DNA from: Potamilus streckersoni
Lineage: Eukaryota
NCBI GenBank assembly: GCA_016746295.1
Contig: JAEAOA010000900.1
Coordinates: 2,426,807 to 2,490,806 of the forward strand
Direction: 5' to 3'
Length of the DNA: 64,000 nucleotides
Shown here: one piece after another, positions 55,716 through 64,000 of the stretch
Numbering within the stretch: the first letter of the stretch is position 1
Layout: each line of letters starts with the position of its first letter
Made by a program: the position numbers and the translations under genes
Notes under the pieces: model-generated
What the model saw: only the letters and a program-made list of their open reading frames with translations
Told to the model about the DNA's origin: nothing
The model's database searches: none

Positions 55716-56206
55716 GGACAACATATTCATTATTATTCTGCCTTTTCTACGCCGATGAAGGTGCAAGTTTACCATCTATTTTTGTCCGTCAAGCATGTAA
55801 ATCATTCTTATATTTAACACCATTTTGGGCTCACTGCTATCTATATTAACACTTTCAGAGCTCCAATAGTCTGATATACTTCAAAACTTAAAAAATCATT
55901 GTCAATGTCACTATCATCAGCCAGTATAAGAAGAACAATATGGTCATATTAAGATGAACCATGCTGGGAATCAACCATTTTGGGTGTTCAATGTGGCCAG
56001 TACTTCCAACACATTTGTAAAACTTCTTGATGCAAGGTTTAAACTACAACAATGAACAGGAAGGAATGTGACATTCCCCTTATAATTATATCAGCAAGAT
56101 TTAAGAACTCCAAAATGAAAAATTGGAAATTGCAAAAATTGTTCTTTCATAATATCAATTTCCAATATAATTTACATTAGGAGGGTATATATGAGTTGAG
56201 CATTAC

Positions 56207-56267
56207 CTTGCTGGCAGTCCTTTAAGCGGGAACATAATTCTTCCACCAGTTTTTCAATTCCACTTGT
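56207..56267 (-). CDS. Candidate 61-nt internal exon (TSGIEKLVEELCSRLKDCQQ), parent gene uncertain (possibly CCDC43 exon 2, phase 0)
   Basis: The acceptor cttttcag|ACAAG and the donor CAAG|gtaatg bracket a single open frame. No homology support. Confidence 0.25.
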
Positions 56268-57333
56268 CTGAAAAGAAACAATCTTTATTAAATTTCTACC
56301 AAATAAAACAATTCGTTGATAAATTTTGGTAAGCAAAACCATTTCTTAAAATATACTTTTGAGGGAGAATAATTTTATTTATGCAATACTTACCTGCCCT
56401 ATTATCTTGCCATGCTTACCTCTTCTGCATCACAAGTCCCATCATCTATGCTCATAATTACAGCGTCCAATTAGTCATATACTAGAAGAAACTGACATAG
56501 AACGGAATGAAATAAGACCCAGTCTGATTCTCACGTTCTAAGCCTATACAGACCACAGCTCTTTGACATGGACCTTGATGATACTTAGAAAGATACATTA
56601 TGATTAACCTTGTAAAAATTCTTGTAATAAAGGGCAAAATCCATATGGATTAGAACCAGAACACAAACACAAAATATTCTGAAAAATTAATTATATTCAG
56701 CACTCAATTCAACTAGTCTACAAATATAACTTTTGCTGAATGATCATGAACTGGAATTTTGCAATGATCACAGACCTGTTTACCCATAAATTTTCCTGTC
56801 AGTATTTTAAGCAATGCCTGTCAGTATTTTCAGATCGCAGTCAGTATTTTCAGCACACAAATAGTAGATACTATCAATATACTATAATTATCATTATGTA
56901 GTATTACACGACATAATGACTATACAATATTGTGTAAATAACTCCTAGTTTGCAAAGACGCTGGTATTCAGTTAATTCTGTGTTTCAAGACATAAATATG
57001 CAGAAATTGAACACCACTGACTTAAACATCCTGTTCATATTATAGTGATAAAAACCACAAAAAAAATACAACATAACCAAATTTATTCTGTTGTTTACCT
57101 CCGTTACTTTCTCTAGAAATTCTGTTTTCTCAGCTTCACACATATCCATAACATTTTAATTAAAGCCAATTCTCTATTTTACTTGGTTAAGGACGACTTG
57201 ATATAAAACATTATGACATTGTTACCACCCATCCACTTAGAAAATAATAAGTTTAGATAGGTGAAGGCAATCTTATTTATCTGATAAAATCTAGTATCAT
57301 CTTTGTCAATATTTACTAGAATGGAAATAAGGT

Positions 57334-57854
57334 TCATAAATTATTTTTCATTGCTTCCGTTAACTTGTCAGCTGTACTCAATGACAAATTCATATTTGCA
57401 ATCAACTCACATAGAATCGCCTCAGCACGTGTTATTTGTTTTTGAAGTATGTTTTGATCACTGACTTCCTTTCCTTTCATCATTGACAAAATGTTTCTAT
57501 TTCCATTCACTAATGATTTCAATTTTGTATGATTTTCCGATTCCACATGCCGTGAACAGTCATTCCTTCCACCATGTGCACAGGAAAAGTCTAAGTTGCA
57601 AACAGTGCAATGCACAAAAAAATGTTCTCCTTTTGACGATGGTTTAAGGCATTGCCACAGAGTAGAATAAACTGGTAGAAAATGCTGCTTTCTGTGTCAG
57701 ACTTTCCATTTTCATCATCAGTTTCGTGCTGAAACTTTCTTGTCGGCGGCATTTTATTTTGTTTAAACAACCGGATGTTGAGAATGTCAAAATAAGTGAT
57801 GTGGCACAAAATGCGGACGCGGATGCGGACCAAAGAGGCGATACAACGAAACAA
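57334..57854 (-). pseudogene. hAT (Charlie-like) transposase N-terminal fragment of about 145 aa, with a zinc-finger motif C-x2-C…CSRHVESENH; split by a frameshift in a T7 homopolymer
   Basis: ORF-track ORFs 57591-57854 and 57334-57615 join into one frame if the T-run near 57600 is 8 rather than 7 bases long. The joined frame reads MPPTRKFQHETDDENGKSDTESSIFYQFILLCGNALNHRQKENIFFVHCTVCNLDFSCAHGGRNDCSRHVESENHTKLKSLVNGNRNILSMMKGKEVSDQNILQKQITRAEAILCELIANMNLSLSTADKLTEAMKNNL*, which resembles the C-x2-C…RHLETKH N-terminal finger of Charlie-derived proteins. Confidence 0.45.
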
Positions 57855-58490
57855 AAAAAAAAAACGGCTTAAAGAATTAATTTAAAAAAAGTAATAAATA
57901 AATGCAACCTCAAATCGTATTTTCAGTTCAATGACCGTATGGATGGGCTTTATTCCGTACAAATACGGTCGGGTAAACAGGTCTGTGATCATCAGGTGCT
58001 CAGAATGCTGTATTACTATCCTCTCATATTCTTTAAGTTTGAACAGCAGTGTTGATTTGTCACTTTGATTTAATATTTTCAAGTTTGAAAAGATCCATGT
58101 GCTCTAACATTTTCTGTCACAAAACACAATTACACTGTACAATGTACACTTAACATCTGGTGGAATAAAAGAAAAAATAAAAGGCAGGCAATTCCTGCCT
58201 GTGTAAGAGCTACAGTCCTCAGTCATGTGTCAGATCACCTCATTTCAATTGACCAATCACTGGTATAAATGGTACTGTGTCCATAACATAATTAAGCTAT
58301 CTTAAATTAGCCTACTAATTCATAAAGGTGATCAAAGATAGCAAAACAACCACTTCATGAAATAAAAGGTTTTGTTTCAAATATATGGTTCACTGTGTAC
58401 AAGAAAATTCCAGCAGTGTCATCTTAACAACATTGTAGTCTCTGGGCAAATCAATGCACTGGGGCCCCCTACTGGCTCTACTATTCATTA

Positions 58491-59293
58491 ACCTTTTAAC
58501 TACGACTACCGCATCTGAGCGTCACCTGTAAATAGCTCCTGAACCCCACTGACGCATATATGCAATGTCGATAAGCCTTGTTTAAAACCCCAGTATCGCT
58601 TATGAGCGCGTAGTTCTGCTGTACTTAAAACCCGTGTCGCATATATGCGGACGTAACTGCTATGTTAGCTAAACGTTGATTGGTTGAAAGTACAGATATT
58701 TACTTATTTTTCATTATCATAACCAATGAGAAGACTGGTTACTGAACATTTTGATACCAGTTGGAAAGCTGAGAGGTTAAATTTAGACACGCGGGAAGGA
58801 AATTTCCGGTAATGTACAAAACACATGTAGTTGAGATAAACAAAAAATGGATTCCTAGTCAGATATTTGTGACTTTAAAGGGTTCAGTGCAAGCAATATC
58901 GAAGAGTTAAATGGATCATTCTTAGTAAATGGATCAGATAATGATGTTAGTCCCATTTCAACACTAGATTATGTGATTTTGATTAAAATGACGATGATTT
59001 ATTTTGTGTGATTTAAAACAGTTTACGCGACGGGGATTTCTTGTCTGTTGTAGGAGTTTATATATGAATAACAGACACTATACAAGGTAAGCTGCTTTTT
59101 ATTTCACTGAAATCCAGCAAAAACTAATGAAATAATGAATATAAACGTAACCATGTTTTTATTGTCAGTTTCCGTAGTCAGCCATGACGATGCTCAAGTA
59201 TTCACCCTAGCAAACAGTATCAGTAGTCTCAGTAACTGATACGCTATCACTCAGCAGTAGCGAAACTGCAGAACAGCTGTAGTAATTAAAGGG
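58491..59293. mobile_element. Second, more diverged piggyBac-like MITE (about 0.8 kb) flanked by TTAA
   Basis: The left end reads TTAA|ccttttaactacgactaccgcatctgagcg (TTAA 58487-58490). The right end reads ctgtagtaattaaaggg|TTAA (59294-59297). The ends match as inverted repeats at 12 of 15 positions. Internal cgcatatatgcg palindromes resemble the one in the element at 19934. Confidence 0.55.
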
Positions 59294-60686
59294 TTAATAT
59301 GGGCAGCATAGCATGATGCCCCTAGAAACATGAGACCCTGGGTGACTGACCAGTTCGCCCATGCCTTAAGATGTCACTGAGTTCCATAGTTTGAAGTTAA
59401 CTTATAATTCTTGAATTGGCACTCTGAGATTTTCTCAAGGAAGAGACAAAGTTTCATTAAAATTTGTAATGAAACCATGGCATCAAATAGAAAAAAAAAA
59501 TTGATTTATAATGTTTACCATTTTTTCACTAAAATTAAATAAATGTCCCTAGTTTCTATAAAAATAGAATTTTGTTTGGTTGTGAAATAGCCCGCTTATT
59601 ATGTTCTGTGCATCACACTGGCATAATGGAGCGCAAAGCAGGAAGCATAAGAAGTAGGAAATGGATTAATAAACAACAGAAAAAAGCAGATATTGGCCAT
59701 CTTAAAATAAAGATAATTTATATAGGTAAAGGCACTTTATTGACAATTATTCCAAATGCAATTATAAAACGTGTATTTGACTGTAGCACAGTAACTGCTT
59801 TTCCCTTTTGTAGTTTACTTGATGTTCAGCAGGGGTGGCATCACTTTTTGGGAGGTAACTCACAGCCTCACTTGTAGTGTGTTCAATGTTTTCAGAATCC
59901 ATCAGGTGCGAGTTATCGAAAAGTGTATTGGTTTGCACAAAACTCTGTGTTGTTGCCCAATTTCTCTCCGCAAAAAGCGAGAGAAAAACCAGTCTGAGAG
60001 ACCATTCTTTTTGCCAACAAAATGGGTCTCTCATAACATGTGGTCTTTCATAATAGGTTTGTATAAAAAAGATCCATTTCCAGTCAAAATTTAGCACTAT
60101 TAAAAAAAAAATTGCCACAATCACTGCAAAGTTCCTGCTAATATATTTTATGCATTCATTTGAAGACATTATTTTACAGCAATAAAAATATACTTCTGTC
60201 AACAAACATGAATCACATTTATTAGAAGATCACATGTACATGTATCAGCATATGAAATCATTTCTAATTTACTTCTTATTCTTTATTAAACCCTAAATTT
60301 GTTTTACTGACCTTAAGCTGCTATTCTGCAAGAGGTTTCCTCTTTTTCGTTTTGTTCAAAGACACATTTTCTCTAGTGTTCAAATTTGTCTATTTTAGGT
60401 TCAGGTTCTGCCTTTGCTACTAAATTCCTAACATAATCAGTACTACGTTGTGATATCGATTGTTACTATAGTTTTGACTAGGCTTTTGGAAAATAAGGAA
60501 AATATACGTGTACATTTGGTATCTACCTATGAATAAACAAAATAAAAAAAACTTGTCTCATCCAGAAACAGAATCATTTACTCAGATAAAATGTCAATGA
60601 CTTAATTCAAAGATGACATAATAACAATTTCGATGTCATCATCCCAGCCATTCAACCAATAAAACATTACTCTTTGATTCATTCAA

Positions 60687-60868
60687 GTTGTTGTTGTTGC
60701 AGAGTTTAACGCCATTTTTCAGCACAAGATAGACTATACATGGTGGTCAATATAAATTGTGGAGGAAGAACCCAGGAAAAGCCTGGAAAGAATCACCAAC
60801 TTGCAAGAAGCTACTGGCAAGCTTTTTCACATACCCACAATGGCTTGTTCAAGTTGATGATTGACTCA
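60687..60868 (-). mobile_element. SINE copy, 5'-truncated
   Basis: gttgttgttgttgcagagtttaacgccatttttcagcacaagatagactatacatggtgg…gctactggcaagcttt. Confidence 0.6.
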
Positions 60869-61955
60869 GTTTTTATCTTTTTAGACCTTTGTCTTTGATA
60901 TCAAAGAAATTCCTTATAGCATGGTAGTTGCTTTAAAACTAAATATTTTATAACCAATGTCATGCTGAAATGTGTAAAGTTTTCCAGGACTCGATTTGAA
61001 AAATTCTATATTGATGAAATTAGACACTTGTATGGCAAGATGACAGGTAAGACCCTGTGTAAACTAAATTTTCTTCACCTACTGGAACCATACATCAAGC
61101 CCATTGTAGCACTTGTGTGGAAATGATCAAGTGGAATTAACTCTATAAACAAATGTGTAACAAGTTGCACCAAAATGAATAGATGCCTTGGTGTGTGGAA
61201 ATATTATGACTGTAATATCTGAGGAAAATAAAAAAAACCAAGCAACAAAAGCCTTTAACACTATCAACAGTCCTGGAAATGATTCTCACTTGCTGGATTA
61301 ATAGACACATACCATATTCACACCCCTCTGCAATATGGATTAACTAGAAAAACAATAAGTGACCACAACCTTGACTCTGGCACTACAATGGAATTTTGTG
61401 ACATGTGCATTAACCTGGTTTACACTCTACAATATGTCACTACATGCTGGACATACCAAGTTTACAAACCAGTAGCCAGACTCTCCTTTTTTGCTTATGT
61501 TTTTTTTATCAGAACAGATTTTACTATTTAAGTGGTCATTTTAAAAAATGGTTACATATGTATCTGTCTCTGTTCTCACAATACGGCCATGCATAGTGCT
61601 AGGTTAGACTGGTCCCTTGTCCATCTTACACATATGGGTAATGGCAAGATAAGAACCAGATACCAGGCAGGAATTGCCTGCCTATTTATTATTGTAGAAT
61701 AGCAGCAGGTCATTGTTACAAAGGCTTAAATAAAAATAGGTGATGTTTATTCTTGCTATGCAGTCATTCATGGCAGTATAGAATGTAGTCATTGGTCGAG
61801 TTCAGTTGGTGGTCACTAAATCATTTATATAATAAAATCAATCTTGTAGTAAATGACAGGTGTTCACTCATGACAGGTTTGACTCTAATAAAACTATTTT
61901 TAAAATTGTTAGAAAAAAGCACAATGTAAAAATCTAGGCACCTGCAGTAGCTTAC

Positions 61956-62240
61956 CTCATCAGCAACTGATACAAGACATTGGACAGCAGCATGCTTCCT
62001 CTTGTCCTCTTCACTGATTGAGACCCTTTTCTTTTCAGATTTTTTACCACGTGGTTGCTTTAATTCAACTTTTTTCTCCAAAAAATGGACATCAGCTTCA
62101 CTGCTTTCCAGTTCAACCTCTGCAGAGTCCTGCCTAAGTAGACTTATGACGTAGTGAGAGTAGACAATAGAATCGATTCCCAGTAGTTCAAGTTCATGGC
62201 GGAACCAGCTCTGCACGGAGGAAGGCAGTGCCGCCTCCAT
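61956..62240 (-). CDS. CCDC43: First coding exon (95 codons, ATG at 62240-62238) of a coiled-coil domain-containing protein 43 (CCDC43) homolog
   Basis: The translation is MEAALPSSVQSWFRHELELLGIDSIVYSHYVISLLRQDSAEVE…KKRVSISEEDKRKHAAVQCLVSVADE. It resembles the vertebrate CCDC43 N-terminus as I recall it ([29 protein letters not shown]…[28 protein letters not shown]). The exon ends at a classic donor, GATGAG|gtaagc. The ORF-track ORF 61821-62327 reads through the intron and starts upstream of the true ATG. Confidence 0.6.
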
Positions 62241-63623
62241 AGACAATCGGTATTCTGGGTACTTCATGTAGATGCAAGAGAAAGCCCTTACCAGACTACT
62301 TACTGCAAAAATGGGGTTGGAGACCAAAATGGAAGGATATGACAGTCCATGATGAGATGTGGCTAGACAAGTACTGAAATTGATGAATGATCAACCAGAT
62401 ACAGGTACTATAATCCAATTCATGGTATGAGGTAGACAGTTGTATGGAGCAAGAGGCTATATGTCTGCCTTTCTAAATTGGCAGTTTCATCTCTGGCCAC
62501 TGCAATTGTCTGAAAAGAGAGAGAGAGAGCACAAATACATTAGATTTTTCTCCCCCACTCATGTTACTTATGTTTCAGGAATGAAGTGTTAAAAATGTTT
62601 TGATTGGCTGATAATTTGGCTACTTAGCCCAAAGTGCAGTTTAGTGATAGCACACATGCAAAAGTCTATTTCTACTTTCTATAAGCATGACAGATCAAAG
62701 ACATGAATAAACAGAAAAGGGTAGATTTAAGCATTCAGTACACCCGTGAATAAAGTAACCAGATAACATTAAAAAAAAACAGCAATTTCACACTTGTTTT
62801 AAAAAAAGAAAAAAAAAATGTTCCCAGATTTCAGGTATTGTTTTGTCAACTTTTACTTGTCCAACTTCTTAGAACTGCAAGTGTTATTTACTAAGAAAGA
62901 GAAATAAAATATGGTTACTATAACCATGTAGGTGAAAATGTTTCTGCAAGGAACAAACAACTGTTATTAACAGTGTATCCCCCAGGAGTGTAAAACTGAG
63001 GGTCAAAAAAAACCCTTGGTGTCAGAACTGGGAATCAAATAAAAAATGTGGGGGTCAAAAATGTACCGACAAATTTTCATCTAATCCATACTTTTTCAGC
63101 TGGATTAGGATATTGCAATTTGCACAATATTCTCTCTCTCTCTCTAAATACAAAAAAATAGGCACAATTAACACAAATCCATTATCCATTCAAAGGATAC
63201 TTTTATTAGGTAATTTTCCTTTTAGTTTAAAGTCGTACTTTTAACAGTCTCTTTATATTTTTTTCATAGCATTATTATAGACCAACACATTACATATAAG
63301 CCAATGCAAAACTCCATATAAATATTTTTAACAAAAACAACAGTTAATTTACTGCCTGTCATAAAATGTGTACTATCATCGGTTTCATTGTACTTCGTCC
63401 TAAAACACATTTATCCAAAAATCAGAGGCTAATGATTCATCTTCTCTTTAACAAGTTACACTTGAACTTTCAGATCTTTCTTTCGTTGCAGCAAAGTTAG
63501 AACAATCCTGCAACGACCCCCTGAATTTGTAATCCAAATAATGAATTTGTCTCTGCAAATTTACTTATTTCTTTGTTCTGAAAGAATGTTTTAGGTAATA
63601 TGTTCCAAAGATATCTTGTGGTG

Positions 63624-64000
63624 ATCAAGGGCAGATTTTTTAAAATTCTCAAACGCTGTCATGAAAGGATTATTCAATTGTGTAGCTGTCGCAATCAAGA
63701 TGACACACCGGTAATCCCAATGCCTTGGATCTGCCGTATTCTAGTCAAGGGCATATTTTTGGTCTCCGGTAAGCTACAAGTAACGCCAATCGCTAGTCAA
63801 AGCCAAACTAGTCAATCTGGACCCTGTGGCGATAAAAGATGCAAAACCTGTCAACATATGATACAGACCAAGACATTCACTAGCACAGTGACTAAAGAAA
63901 AACTAAACATACATGGTCCAAATAAAACGTGCAAAACAGAGAATGTGATTTATCTCATCACATGTAAGATCTGTGGCCTTCAGTACGTCAGAGAAACTGA
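63624..64000 (+). mobile_element. Penelope-like element endonuclease domain (CxxC…C zinc-finger-like motif plus GIY-YIG), truncated by the window end; no RT upstream, so probably a 5'-truncated copy
   Basis: The frame is open from 63624 to the window end: …SGPCGDKRCKTCQHMIQTKTFTSTVTKEKLNIHGPNKTCKTENVIYLITCKICGLQYVRET. VIYLI…YVGET is the GIY-YIG signature, and the preceding C-x2-5-C-x2-C motif is characteristic of Penelope endonuclease domains. Confidence 0.45.

Noticed and set aside
59762-60205. 147-aa minus-strand ORF and overlapping 91-aa plus-strand ORF as a gene
   Set aside because: There is no recognisable domain and no splice context. The region contains the 25-bp motif shared with 48990-49016 and is more likely repeat-derived.
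63460-63560. Hammerhead ribozyme upstream of the Penelope-like endonuclease domain (hairpin cgttgcag…ctgcaacg, ctgaaaga)
   Set aside because: The conserved CUGANGA…GAAA core cannot be assembled convincingly from the sequence. Only a generic 8-bp stem is visible.

Overview
This 64-kb window is AT-rich eukaryotic nuclear DNA, most likely from an invertebrate (metazoan) genome; it is not prokaryotic. It has many dinucleotide microsatellites, spliced genes with GT-AG introns, tRNA-derived SINEs and fragments of DNA transposons and a retroelement. The six-frame ORF track is therefore mostly noise, and several of its 'M' starts are really TTG codons (for example at 40932 and 3247).

Two minus-strand genes can be supported:
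- A gene related to the ZC3H4/ZC3H6/ZC3H8 (suppressor-of-sable) tandem-CCCH zinc-finger family. Three of its exons fit together with consistent splice phases: a 3.05-kb exon (37906-40954) encoding about 1016 aa of Ser/Glu/Asp/Lys-rich low-complexity sequence, a 112-nt exon (34692-34803), and a 161-nt exon (32613-32773) encoding two C-x7-C-x5-C-x3-H fingers.
- Exon 1 of a CCDC43 homolog (61956-62240), including its ATG.

The rest of the window is a landscape of transposable elements:
- two piggyBac-like non-autonomous elements with TTAA duplications (19934-21016, which keeps an acidic transposase N-terminal remnant, and 58491-59293);
- at least six copies of one tRNA-derived SINE family in both orientations, several of them 5'-truncated;
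- a degraded Charlie-like hAT transposase on the plus strand (about 28390-29645, with the DESTD, RWLS and hATC motifs);
- a second hAT N-terminal fragment, broken by a homopolymer frameshift (57334-57854, minus);
- a pogo/Tigger-type CENP-B HTH fragment (49637-50012, minus);
- a Penelope-like GIY-YIG endonuclease open frame running off the window end (63624-64000, plus).

Other repeats: a satellite of about 135 bp in the ZC3H-like intron (35560-36900), a tandem family of about 140 bp at 18840-19370 and 22260-23040, a 600-bp dispersed repeat present twice, and a 350-bp duplicated segment next to microsatellites.

No RNA genes, CRISPR arrays or prokaryotic systems are present.
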